Source: Hydrolagus colliei (lineage: Eukaryota). From it: a stretch of DNA of 64,000 nt. The DNA is taken from contig CM068769.1 in assembly GCA_035084275.1 (NCBI GenBank), positions 1,860,001 to 1,924,000 on the forward strand. Direction: 5' to 3'. The position numbers were made by a program, and so were the translations under genes. Under the pieces are notes generated by a model. That model did not search any database. It saw only the letters and a program-made list of their open reading frames with translations, and was not told the origin of the DNA. Of this stretch, positions 1-11,759 are shown one piece after another (the first letter of the stretch is position 1; every line of letters starts with the position of its first letter).

Positions 1-235
1 CTAGGCCTACGGTTTGTAGAACATAGCAGAATCAGAGGTGATCCTATAGAAACCTATCAGATTATTAAGCGGCACAACAGAGTTGATAGCGGGAGACAGT
101 TCCCCAGTTTGGAGAAAATATAACCAGGAACACAATATTACAATTATGGTTCAGCCCTTTCGCACTGAGTGACGGAAAAACTTCTTCTTTCAGATGTTCG
201 TGAATTGATGGAAATCTCTACACCCAAATGGCTGT
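1..235 (+). mobile_element. CR1-type LINE, 3' fragment of the RT ORF
   Basis: Degenerate translation resembling RIRGDLIETYQII...RKNFFFQ matches the better-preserved CR1 C-terminus at 12814-13119. Confidence 0.7.
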
Positions 236-299
236 ACATGCTCGGTCCTCGAAAATAATAGTCGGGGTAGGGGGAAGTGGAGGGAGAATATGAGAGGGT

Positions 300-660
300 G
301 AAGAATTAGGAGGATAACTGAAGGCACGGTCGAAGAGGAAGTTCTTGAGACCGGCCTTGAAGGAGGAAAGAGAGGAATTGAGGCAAAGGGATTGCAGGAT
401 GGACTCTCACACGGTGGGAGCAGAGAGGCTGGCCTACTCCACGACCACCGATGGTGATGCGGTTGGGGCGGTGGACGTGGAGTAAGCAGTGCCTGCTGAG
501 TGATAGAGATACACCATTTCGGAGGAATGGGCACGGGCAAGTCCTTGAATGGCCAGGAAGGTGTGGATGAGGATCTTGAATTCGACCACAGACTGACAAT
601 TTTCTCGGACTCAAATTACGCATCTGGATAGCATCTGACAAGCTCATCGCTTAAAATGGG
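300..660 (-). mobile_element. L2-type LINE 3' fragment
   Basis: Reverse complement resembles the L2 RT C-terminus (APTxWNSLPxxLR...SLxxFK) seen in other copies in the window. Confidence 0.65.
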
Positions 661-1008
661 AACACTTGTTGCTCAAGCTTATTTCTGCTTGCCCAGTCAG
701 GTCCACAGTTAGTGATTTGCCTTGCAAAATAAGCGGTACAAATACCTTATCATCAATGCCTGGCCTGGCCTTCTAAATCTTGACGGTGAGAGTTTTTGTG
801 ATCACGATGGAGAGAGACCAAGGAATTGGCTCAGAGTAGAGAGCTCCAGTTTGGAGAGAGAGCAAAGGGAGATATGTTATGGAGAGAGAGGTAGAGAGCG
901 TGAGCAAGGAATCAGATTAGAATAGAGAGCTTCAGTGCGGGAGCGAGCAACAACACAGACACGTTGCGGACACAACAAATAATGGGGTAATTGAAGCAAA
1001 GTACTTAC

Positions 1009-1027
1009 ATAGTGCTTTTCTGTTTGC
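1009..1027 (-). CDS. Candidate cytoplasmic micro-exon of the SRCR-Ig receptor ((G)KQKST)
   Basis: 19-nt exon with ttgtatttgcag acceptor and GTAAGT donor. Enters in phase 1, in frame with the TM exon, and encodes basic juxtamembrane residues. Confidence 0.45.
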
Positions 1028-1873
1028 CTGCAAATACAAAACGTAATAAAGCTTAAAAATGATTAAGTACATGTGGGGTATTGTTGCAAGATTTGTAATG
1101 ATAATCCTTCCCTTTTCTCCAATGCCAAAACTCTTCATAAGCGATCGTTGTCAATAACACTTCACTTTAAATAGCACCCCCCACACACATACATACAGAT
1201 AGAGAGCCTGTCACCAGCTTGACAAGCAATAGAACTGGATATGTAACCCTGCAGCACAACATTTTGGATCATTGTTAGCAATTCAATCGCCTCTGTTTAT
1301 CTAATAATATCAACAACAGAAACAACTGATCAACTACATCAGTAGGTACCCAAATTAGTCGATTTAGTGCGTCCATTTCCACCGGAAAATAATCCTTAAA
1401 AACTAAAAATGATAATAACAATCGGGTCAGTCAATGCACGGCTGTTGGTGAGAAACTGCTGTGCACAATTGGCATCTGAGTGAAAAAACACACGGTCAGG
1501 TCACCTGAAATTATATCCTCTGAATGTTGTTTGAGATGTATAGCAGAAGTAGTGAGCACAATATCGAATGGAAGAATTATTTCAGTAATTAACGTAATAT
1601 TGATAATTATTACTAAAGCTGGTTTTGTGGTATTACGATGAATATTATTAGCGTCACTATTATCATTATTTTTATCAATTTTTCTTTATTATCATTAGTA
1701 TTGGTGTCATTAGTATTTCTGTGATCTTTGTTGTTGCATTGTTATCGCAGTTATCAGGTAACAATCTACGGAAATGCACTGGATGGAAACAGACAGTGGT
1801 TGACTTCAATTATGCCTCTTCCTTTAGTTCCAACAATTATACTCTAAATTCCGTGACAATAATGAACATTCAC

Positions 1874-1972
1874 CACTCTGATACACATAGAATCGAAGAA
1901 TGTTCGCTATGATCAATATCGCAGTGAGTAACCCCACTGTCAGTCCTGTTGTGTGCTTCCATGTCCAGTTTG
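1874..1972 (-). CDS. Transmembrane exon of the SRCR-Ig receptor
   Basis: 99-nt phase 1-1 exon (ttccctctctag acceptor, GTGAAT donor) encoding ANWTWKHTTGLTVGLLTAILIIANILRFYVYQS, with a hydrophobic core of about 20 aa. Confidence 0.65.
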
Positions 1973-2274
1973 CTAGAGAGGGAAATAGGCAAAGTGTTAC
2001 TTGACGATTTGAAAATCAAATGTCATAACACAAATCATCATTTTAAAGATTTCAAAGAGGTACTATCTTCTCCTGACGTCTCTGGAAGTGAAAGTGAATC
2101 AGAAATGTAAATGTGTGCTTTACATTTCTGTGTTCCAATTGAAACAGTCGCATTCGCCACCAGCCTGCCCTCATTATCAACGCGATTTTCGGAAAAAAAA
2201 CTAATACTTCTAGAGCGCTATCACGTCAGGAGTACATTGCAAGGAGCCGGAAAGTCACTGAGTCAGACCCGAGC

Positions 2275-2820
2275 TGGGGATGGGGGGAAGGTACGAATTA
2301 GGAGGTCCAGTTGTGGCAAGCGAAGAGGAGGATCTTGAGGCGGGCATTGAGGCCAGGAAGGGTGTGATTCGTTGGGATTGCGGGATGGAGTTGCAGAGAT
2401 TGGGGGCAGAGCAGCTGAAGACACGTCCACCATTGGTGGGGCGGGTGGATCGCTGAACATGGAGCAAGAGTCAGAGCTTGCTGAGAGGAGGGTGGCGGGC
2501 AGGTTGATAAGGCTGCAGAAAGGCAGGGAATTAGGATGGGGTTAGACTGTGGATTGCTTTAAATATGAGGACCAAGATAGTGAATTTGATCTTCTGGATG
2601 ATGGGGAGCCAATGGAGTCGTGAGATTTTGGAGGAGATGGGGTCTCGAAGGTTGGAGCGGTAGAGTGTACGGGCCGCAGAGTTCTGGATCATCTCCAATG
2701 ATTGGACGGAGGTTTGCGGAAGGCCGACGAACAGGGCATAGGCATAATCAAGACGGGACTGAACAACAACAACACCTTGGATTTAGACAGCGCCCTCCAC
2801 GCTGATCGGCCTCTCCAACC
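2275..2820 (-). mobile_element. L2-type LINE 3' fragment
   Basis: Reverse complement resembles the L2 RT 3' region (GGRVFSCSAPNLCNSIPQS...). Confidence 0.7.
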
Positions 2821-3050
2821 GCTTTAGTGAAGTAATCAAGTCAAGTCTGAGGATTTTATCCGCCTTGGGGGTGAGTTAGTTGCGGAGTCAGACAATTTTG
2901 CAGAGACAACTTGTTCATATGTTCATATGATCCACCGCTGTAAATGGTGTTTCTAAGAGGAGCAGCTGCAATTTATCCAAAAGGAAACATGCTATTGTGT
3001 GAGAGTTTACTCAACTCTTGTCCAGTACAGAGATTTTACTGAACTCTTAT

Positions 3051-3332
3051 CCAGTACAGAGATTCCCACTCAAGCACTCTCTGGTGATGTGAATTCCCGG
3101 CCGCTTACGTGTGGTATATTTACACCAGTAGTTTCCAGCCGTGATGCTCGATGAGGTGAATTTGGCCGTGTTGTTATTCTCTGGAGCTGGGCGTTATGCG
3201 ATAAACTCGCCGTCTCTGTAGACAAAGAATGTGCTGCCAGGATAATTCCCAGAACAGGAGATCTCAGCGATTTCTCCTTCCACAAATTCCGGGAATATCT
3301 GTTCAGGGAAATGTTGGGTTTCTGGAGCGGAT
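3051..3332 (-). pseudogene. Ig C2-type (LRC/LILR-like) exon 2 of the SRCR-Ig receptor, disrupted
   Basis: 282-nt exon. Reconstructed DPLQKPNISLNRYS/EFVEGEIAEISCSGNYPGSTFFVYRDGEFIA*RPAPENNNTAKFTSSSITAGNYWCKYTT/HVSGREFTSPESA*VGISVL. Two compensating frameshifts, stops at 3194-3196 and 3070-3072, and donor GT mutated to AT. Confidence 0.8.
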
Positions 3333-3769
3333 CTGGAATTAGAACACAGTAATGTTGATAGCACTAATAAGCGCTCTTCACCACGGATAAGGATCACATC
3401 AGAGTAAAAGTGACCATTTAGTCGTATCAAGGCCTGGATGGGAGGGATTTGGGGATTGATTGGGAAGCGTAGTATTGTTGAGATTGATTGAAAAACCCCA
3501 GCGAGTTTTTATTCACACAGAGAGAGGTGGCGCGACGGTTGTGAGATGGCTGGTGGGGTTGTGCAGCGAATCAAGTGTAACAAACAGCTCCAGACTAGTG
3601 CAGGTGAAAGGCACTACAGACTGACCCTCTATAGTGATCTACAAACGTCTCTTTATACAACACAATGCAATTACAGCCAAGCAATAAAACCGAGAACATA
3701 GGAGCAAAAGCTACACATACTGTGGAGTGAGGTGAAGTGAATCACTGTCTGAAACTCATCTGAGACACA

Positions 3770-3990
3770 GCACCAGCTCAATCTCCAATCCAAGCTCAGA
3801 CACCAACGTAAGCTCCTAACCTTCCCGAAGATCAGCTCCCAAAATCATCTCAGCCCTCAACCTAACTTCAGTTCCGCTCCCAGGTTAGCGCTACATCCAA
3901 CTCAGTCCCCACAAGCAGCCCAACATCCAACCTCAGATTATCTCAACACCCAAGATCAGCCCCCACCGCAGCTCAGTAGAACCCTACTCC
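3770..3990. repeat. Degenerate minisatellite (cagctc-containing, about 17-18 bp period)
   Basis: Repeated cagctc/aagctc units; reverse-complement type of the 6170-6450 array. Confidence 0.5.
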
Positions 3991-4083
3991 AGCTCGGCTT
4001 CGATCACCAGATAATGTGTTTACCCTGGGTTGTTGAAATTCATGGACATCCTCGAGGTAAATAGTTGTATTTTATGTACCTCG

Positions 4084-4870
4084 CAGTGTCCGACGATATA
4101 TCGATATATAGGTTATCTCCGATATAATTTTTATATCGATACACAGTTATAGATACTTCAGAAAAAAATCCATATATCGACGAAGTCGGTATATCGAAAA
4201 CAACAGAATACGCGTGCACTTAACTATATCATCAAGAATGCTCATCTCTGTACATAATGCACAGACCGAGGTGCAAGCCGCCATAATGTATTCATAGTCC
4301 TCGAATGAGATAAATAGTTATGCAAGATGTGAGGGGAAAGAGGCGGCGGGGTGGCTTGGTGGGGAGGGAGAGACGGTGGGTGGGGGGGAGAGAGAGAAGG
4401 CGCGGGTGGGTTGGTTTTGGGATAGAGTGACGGCGATGGGTTGGGAGGGAGAGAGAGACGACAGGGGTGTGTGCGTTGGGGGGTGGGAGAGAGACACGGC
4501 TGGAGCTGTGTGTGTAGAGAGAGAGGGCGCGGGGGGTGGAGAGAGATGGGGGTGAGAAATGGGGGTATGTGATAATATACAGATAGATAGCAATGTTCGG
4601 AGGCGTGAGAGAGGAGAGAGAAACAGAGACACAGACAGAAAAACACAGAGATGAAGAGAGTGAGTGCGAAAAACACACAGAGAGAGAGAGAGAGATTTAC
4701 CTCCTGCAGCGATAGGCCCTGAATGCGCGCGCTCCACCGATTGCGCGAAACGTGAGCTCGCGCGCGCATGCGCAGTACGAAAACCTCGAAAATATCGATA
4801 AATAATTATATCTCGATATGAGCCCATCGATATATTTAAATCGGAAATTTTCCATATCGACGGACCATTG
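4084..4870 (+). mobile_element. Non-autonomous DNA transposon (hAT-like MITE) with internal purine-rich minisatellite
   Basis: Imperfect terminal inverted repeats (CAGTGTCCGACGATAT ... ATATCGACGGACCATTG) and multiple subterminal CGATAT repeats. Internal block is shared with 28250-28330 and 58800-58880. No clear target-site duplication. Confidence 0.6.
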
Positions 4871-5637
4871 CTGTGGTTCAATTCGACGTTATATGCGTCA
4901 CCAAATAATAACCACTGCACTTTAATTGTAGTCCTTGGAAACAGACGATGGAGCTTCTAGTTCTCCTTCAATATGTTTGTCATTCGCATAATGCATAGAA
5001 TCTGATCAAGTTATGTACTATACTGCATAATGGTTTCTCTTAAAATGAAACTAACTAAATTCAATTTGTTCTGGAAGGAATCAATTTTTTCATATTTAAA
5101 TCTCTCCTGATGCATCCTGTTGCAACGCATCCGGACGTCTACCCATGAAATGCGCTGTATAAATGTACATTTTTTGTTGTTGTTACACAGGTTTAATTAT
5201 CTCTCAGTCAAAGAATATTTCCGTGTATTGGTTCTGAAATATATCTCGACGTAAAGTATTACCTTTTTCTTATTTTTACTGTCATGTGAGCCGTCGGTTT
5301 GAAAATATTATCTTTCCTAGCGAAGCAGAATATAAAGGTCACTTCATTGTGAGTGTTCACAAGCGAGATGGGCCAAAATCAATTCCATTGTGGGAACAAA
5401 CCTGCAGAAAGCTGTTTCACTTTATGCTTACATCACAGTGTAGATGCCTGCTTTTTATTTGATTGGAGTTTCGTCGATACAATATACAGTTAATTAATCA
5501 CGTTAATAATGTGTTGCTTCTTGTACTTTAAGACGAATGAAACACCAATTTGATATCAAAAGCAAGAATTATTCTTACTATGAGACGATAACTGTTCAAA
5601 AGCCAGATTGTGGTGTGAGAATTTACTTATCGCTTAC

Positions 5638-5919
5638 AAATGACAAAGATTCTCACTCGCTCGCTCTCTGTTGATGTGAACTTCCGGCCGTCTATGCGGG
5701 CAGTATATTTACGCGAATAATTTCTTGCCCTGGTGTTCAATGGGGTGAATGTGGCCATGAAGTTATATGGATATGGCTTTGACGTGATAAATTTGCTGTC
5801 TCTGTCTAAGGAGAATTCGCTGCCAGGATAATTTCTAGAACACAAGATCAGAGGGATATCCCCTCTTGCAATCACACGGGAATATGGCTTCATGGAATTG
5901 GTGGGTATGTGGAGCAAAT
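5638..5919 (-). CDS. Ig C2-type (LRC/LILR-like) exon 1 of the SRCR-Ig receptor
   Basis: 282-nt phase 1-1 open exon with ttaatgacag acceptor and GTAAGC donor: DLLHIPTNSMKPYSRVIARGDIPLILCSRNYPGSEFSLDRDSK...NYSRKYTARIDGRKFTSTESERVRIFVI. Second Ig Cys is replaced by Arg (NYSRKY versus NYWCKY in the paralogous exon). Confidence 0.75.
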
Positions 5920-6169
5920 CTGTCATTAAAACACAATCAATAAATTCGCTCCAACACTCCCTTTTTTCTGTGCTGTGACAGTGAGCATCGGGATCGACAG
6001 TAAGCACAGCGGCATCCTCCGAGAACAAAATGAGGCTGAGGTTCAATGGGAGGCACAAATGTGCACTCTTATTACCGGTAATCCGAGACTAGATTCGACG
6101 CTGTTTTTCTGCTGCAATTGAACACATGATTATGAATTCAGTCAAAGTTGAATTCATAGTCATTTGTGA

Positions 6170-6450
6170 GCAGGGACTCAGTGTGAGCTGGGAGTCAGTG
6201 TGTGGTGGAGAAACGGTGTGAGCTGCAGATCAGTGTGAGCTGCGGGTCATTGTGAGTTCGGGTTCAATGTGAGCTGGGTGTTATTGTGTGCTAGAGTACA
6301 ATGTGAGCTGGTGGTCAATGTTAGCTGGGGGAAGTGTGAGCTGGGGGATAGTGTGAGCTGGGGGTAATTGTGAGCTGCACTACAATGTGAGCTGGGGGTG
6401 AGCAGTGAGCAGTGAGTCAGAATGAGACCTGGTTCAGTGTGAGCTGGGAG
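6170..6450. repeat. Minisatellite, about 18-bp unit (gtgtgagctggg core)
   Basis: More than 12 visible copies of tgtgagctg. Confidence 0.85.
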
Positions 6451-6585
6451 CGAATGTCAGACTGTCGCTCATCCACCCCTCTGTTGATCCCCTATACATG
6501 GGCTCAGTACCACCACGTGTCATCAGCCCATGCCCAATGATCACCCCATACTGCTGTACTGTGATGATTAGAGAGAGGTGTATAC

Positions 6586-6897
6586 CTGAGCAGTTGAAGC
6601 CGGCGTCATATTTGTGCGATATTAAGGTTCAGTCACCCCAAGGCCCTGAGCGACATTCTCTCAGAGCAGACTCATTTCCCCTGCACTGATCATGAATCGT
6701 CACAATGGGATCCGATCCTTCCCCAAAATGTGCTGCCCTTAGCGCTGACAGAGCGACACTACAGCCCAGCTCCTTACACATCACAGCCGCGTCCTCCATA
6801 TCCCAGTCAGAGTCCTCCACTGTGCCCCATTGACTAAAGTGGTAAACCTCCACTCTCACTGCACATGGGCGGCGGCCATTCATCATCCTCACATTCC
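6586..6897 (-). pseudogene. SRCR domain exon 3, with an in-frame stop
   Basis: 312-nt phase 1-1 exon GNVRMMNGRRPCAVRVEV...WGTVEDSDWD...CKELGC...QCRGNESALRECRSGPWGD*TLISHKYDAGFNCS. TGA at 6629-6631; canonical AG/GT boundaries. Confidence 0.9.
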
Positions 6898-7769
6898 CTG
6901 TAAAATACAACACGGTATATAAACTCTTTAGCCATATTTACGTGTTTAACTTCTAGTCTTCCTGATGTGAAAAGCGCTATGCAAATGTAATTGTGTTGTT
7001 GTTACCCAGTGTACATACGAGCGTAACAAAGGGAGTGTTTGTGGGGTGAACAGTGCAACAATGTCAATAACTATGAAGTTTATAGTGACCCTTGGTAGCA
7101 CACATTCCACTGATAACGACACAAAAATCCAACCAAAACCCAGCTACTCCTCCTAGTGCATCATTATATCCAGGTACAGAAACCATAGAGCACATTCCAA
7201 CCCACCCATCGCCCCCTTTCTTCCAGTGTACATGCTCATATCGCATACACCCGCAATACATTGCCATGGGTCACAGTCTACCCCACACAGTGTACAACCA
7301 AACCGGCATGTCACAGCTTTCGTACGAACACAGACAATGCTCACTCTGCTTTCAACAAGCATAAACACCCAAAGACACAACATCAGCGAACAGCGCGCTC
7401 ATCAGGGTACGCTCTGGCCATCTGCCACGCCATTCTCCCCCGCAAGGGCACAGCAATTACCATTCCAAACAGGTCCCAGCAAATCGCAAGACGAGCCAGC
7501 ACTGTCGCAGACTCCGTCTCGTATATACAGCGTGTCACCCGCCACGGGCACAGCACACGTCCAACTGGGCACATTCCCCACATTAGTCACTGAATGTCCA
7601 CAATTCAGAGCTCACACAGGAAAAGATGACACCACACAGGTCAGAACCAGACTCCAAAGCAGATGAGCCTCCAAGAACACTCCCACACCAACCAACAAAC
7701 AGCTTCCGCTTTATTGAAAATGTCACTACCTCAACAGACACAGGCTTATCTCCACAGGTCAGAGGCCCA

Positions 7770-8165
7770 AACAAAAACAATAACGTCGATTTATATAGCG
7801 CTCAACACGCCGGACGGCCTCTCAGAACGCTTCACTGTAGCCGATCCCGGGACCGAGCCAAGGCCAGGGACAGGAAGGTGAACAAAAGCTCAGTCGAAGA
7901 GAAAGGTCTTCAACTGTGATCTGAAACTGGGAAGAGAGGGGGAGAGGCGATGCGAGTTAGGAACGGAGTTCCAGAGCCTAGGGGCATAGTGGCTAAAGGC
8001 ACGGCCGCTGAGGGTGGAGCGGAGGACTCGTAGCACATGGAGGAGGCCAGAAACAGAAGAGCGAAGGCAGTGGGTGCTGGGTTGGGGGGGAGAGGAGATC
8101 AGAGAGATATGGTGGTGCAGAGTTGTGGAGGAATTTGAAAACAAGGGTGAGGATCTTGAAGTCGA
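7770..8165 (-). mobile_element. L2-type LINE 3' fragment with tail
   Basis: SGRAFSHYAPRLWNSVP...SFRSQLKTFLF, plus a gcgctatataaat-(TTG)n tail on the minus strand. Confidence 0.8.
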
Positions 8166-8993
8166 ATCCGCTAACTAAAGCCGATACCCCTAGGTAGAGC
8201 CTCGCAATTCACTAAAACCGTAATAGTAAATCATCGCGACCAACTTGGGACAGACCAAGCACTTGTCTTCCGCCACCCACCCTTCCCCAAGGGGGAACAG
8301 CAAGATAGGGTGTGAGACAGGTAGGAAGGACGGAGTGACGTGGGAGGGCAGTAGAAGGCACGATCTTAGAGGAGGATTAACCAAACATATTCGATCACTT
8401 CAGTGCGAAGCCACACCCACTCCACTAGCAACAATCCCTGCTCCCCACCCCTTCGCCCGCTGCACCATGCACAGCTACTGAATCTTTATTCACCGCCTTC
8501 CCTCTATACATAGCCGTCCAGCCTTTAGCCACAGGGCACAGCTCCGCCCGCCACGGTAGTCGGTTCCGTACGTAACAGCCTCCAACAACACAGTCACAGG
8601 CTCAGCAGCCAAAGATCCTCCTCTACGTCACAGCCTCTCCACCCAAGGCACAAACCAGCACAGCCCCATGGTGGTTTCTGCTTCCACAACTGCCCCACCA
8701 CATGGGTTCATGCCCCAGAACACAAACACGTGTTTCAGCACACAACCCTCTACCAGTTTGTTCACCCTGCCTTTGTTCAACAACCCCTTTGTTAATCCCA
8801 ATGATCACACACTCATGCTCAGCACTCCCGGCGTTGAACCGCTCCTTGGGCGTACCCCCACTTTGCTGAATACCCACCACCACAGGTAAATTCCATACCA
8901 CTCTGCCTGCGTAGCCTACAGAAACACCATCTTACCATACCAGCCAATACCCCGTATGAAATCGAGTTGATCGTCAGAGAATGTACTATTTAC

Positions 8994-9302
8994 CTGTGCA
9001 AATGACGCTGGCATCAAAGCTGTGTGACAGTTTGTAGAGATTCCAGGTCGTTGATTTACAATCCTTCAGGGCAGACTCACTCCCTGTGCATTGAACAAAA
9101 TACGTCACAATGGGACCTGATCCTTTTCCAAAGTGAGATCCTGTTGGTGCTGAACGAGCCGCTCCACAGCCCAGCTCCATACACAACACAGCTGCGTCAT
9201 TTATATCCCAGCCGTTGTCATACATTGTGCCCCATTGTCCATTGTGGTTAATCTCCTCTCTCCCAGCACATTGACGACTGCCATCCACGAGCCTCACATT
9301 CC
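8994..9302 (-). CDS. SRCR domain exon 2 (intact)
   Basis: 309-nt phase 1-1 exon GNVRLVDGSRQCAGREEINHNGQWGTMYDNGWDINDAAVLCMELGC...DASVICT, with ttttacag acceptor and GTAAAT donor. Confidence 0.92.
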
Positions 9303-10943
9303 CTGTAAAATAACACTCAAAATCTTGAAACTTTGATGCCTTTTTACTTCTCGTCAAACTTTTTGTTTGACTTCTCGTCGGCAAATATATATGGGAGGGT
9401 ATATGTCACATTACGACGGTGATTCCATGGCAAACAATACAACAGCTATAAAAATAACTTTGATGTTTGCTTTGACTGGTGGTGAAGTACAATACGAAAT
9501 GTTTTTCAAAATGACAATGGACTTTTAATATAATTATATTATAGATGATTATGCTTAAATTGTACTTGATATTAGTTTGTTATAACATATCATATTATAA
9601 TTCACGTTAATTTGTTTTGCATTATATTGTATTATTCATCAGTATATTTTACATTGTTAGTTAATTTAATCGAATAATTAGGAAGCACATAGGCAGGCCA
9701 ATCGCCCTGATCGTATATGTGCCACCACTTGGAAAAGAGCTACGAAAATCCACACCATTCTTCCAACCCTCGCATAGCTTGTTATCCCCAAACAATTGTC
9801 TTCTTCCCTCTTCAAAGTTGTTTGTCGATTCGGACTTCCAGCAACATTTCAGGCAATGCATCCCAGATACAACCAGCTGTGTGAAAAAAACGTGTTCTCT
9901 CCTCCGCTCGTTTACTTTTAGTAACTATTTTAATTCAGTGTCCTCAGATAACTGACCATGGGGACAGTTTTTACTTGGTTTACCATATCGAACCAGCTAC
10001 TGGAATGATGCATTCTACATCGTGCTCTCCTAAACTGCTCTGGTCCAAAGAGAATATTTCCATCTTCTCTAGCATCTAACATTAAATTATTATTTGAACG
10101 CTTTCCCAGCCAAAGGACCGCAGGATACGGAACAACTCACATTCAACTTGCTATCAACCAAGCTAACAGTCTCGAACCACCACGCACGGCAACGCAATCC
10201 AGGTAAAGATTCACCCCACACCCAGCTACTCCCATGGTACACAGCAACCAACGGTAGACAAATCCTCAGCCAAACCCCCAAAACACAAACACACTCCTAT
10301 AAATTTCACAGCAACATCCCATAGGCACAGACCTTACATATCTGCAGGTCGCATCCATTCATAGAAGAACTGCCGAGGTCCCTCTTCACTACTGTACCAT
10401 GCACAACAAACCCCACGGAGAACACATCCCCAGAAGCACTAGCGGTGTTGTTATCTATTTCAGGCACAGACCACTACGAAGAGAACTTCCTGCTGCTAAG
10501 GCACAACACATCTCCGCACTGTTACCCCACATAAAGGCTGCCCAACCTCTGATCGCCGCTCCCTATCCGTGCACACACCGCACCACAGCCCCATGGTGAT
10601 TTCTACTTCCACTGCCACCCCACCTCAACTTTATCAGACCGTAGTGCTCATTCAACTGCTCTCAGCCAAAAATTGCCTCCCAACCCGCCCAATTTTCTCA
10701 CCATGCTTTGTTCAACAACTACTTTTTTATCCCAACAATAACATACTCGTGCTGATTACACCTGGTATAGAACCGCCACTTGCTCTTACCCTCAATATGC
10801 GCAATTCGTCGTGCTCATCCAGAACTGTGCTGAATACCTCCAATCCATTCGATTCATAGTGATCCTACACGCACCTACTGTATTGCCATACAGCCCGCAT
10901 TCCCTACGAGATCGAGGTGATAACCAAAGCAAGTATTACTCAC

Positions 10944-11252
10944 CTGTGCATATAACGCTGGCATGAAAGTTGTGTGACGGTGTGTGGTAACTCCGAGTCT
11001 CTGATTTACAATCCTTCAGAGCAGAAACATTTCCTCTGCACTGGAAAGGATACATCCGAATCGGACTGGATCCTGCTCCTAAGTGAGCTCCTCGTGGTGC
11101 TGAAAGCGATAAACCGCAGCCCAGCTCCTTACACACCACAGCCGCGTGCAGCAGATCCCAACCATCATCATCCACTGTGCCCCATTGTCCACTGTAGTTA
11201 AGCTCCACTCTCACAGCACATCGGCCACTGCCACCCATTAGCCTTACGTTTC
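10944..11252 (-). CDS. SRCR domain exon 1 (intact)
   Basis: 309-nt phase 1-1 exon GNVRLMGGSGRCAVRVELNYSGQWGTVDDDGWD...CKELGC...HASVICT, with ttttgcag acceptor and GTGAGT donor. Confidence 0.92.
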
Positions 11253-11429
11253 CTGCAAAATATCACACACAGCATTAACATTTTGGTTTATTTTAACTTC
11301 AAGTCACCCAATATACATGGGGGGGTGCCTGTCACAATGCTAGGTTGCTTCGTGGGTAACCATTCAAAACAAAAGCAAAGATAACTGATTTTTGCTGTGA
11401 CTGATGTGACATACAATCAAACATTGTTT

Positions 11430-11750
11430 CTAACAGCAACAACAACAAAACAAATTGATAGATCGCGTCTGAAGTCGGGAGGATGTCCCAAGTCGCTGAA
11501 CAATAATGTCGTGACTCAGGCGGTGGGGTTGGGGGAGGGGGAGTGTCGGGGAAGGGGAAGGGGAATGGGAAGGAGAGTAGGGGAGCGGGAGAGTTAGGAG
11601 GGGACCAGAAGGCACGGGCGAAGAGAAAGGTCTTAAGACAGACTTTCATGGAGGAAATAGAGAAGAGAGGCGATGGGATTGCTGGATGGAATTCCACAGT
11701 GTGGGAGGAGACAGGCTATCAGCCTGGCTACCGAATTAGAGCGGTTTGGG
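11430..11750 (-). mobile_element. L2-type LINE 3' end
   Basis: EFHPAIP...SMKVCLKTFLFARAF translation and L2-type tail. Confidence 0.65.
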
Positions 11751-11759
11751 CGTTGGACG

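Noticed and set aside
1600-1760. Plus-strand hydrophobic ORF as a TM exon
   Set aside because: Derived from (ATT)n-like low complexity and on the opposite strand to the gene.
3005-3065. Short tandem duplication at the Ig2 donor that might supply a replacement donor
   Set aside because: The duplicate reads AC at the donor position, not GT.
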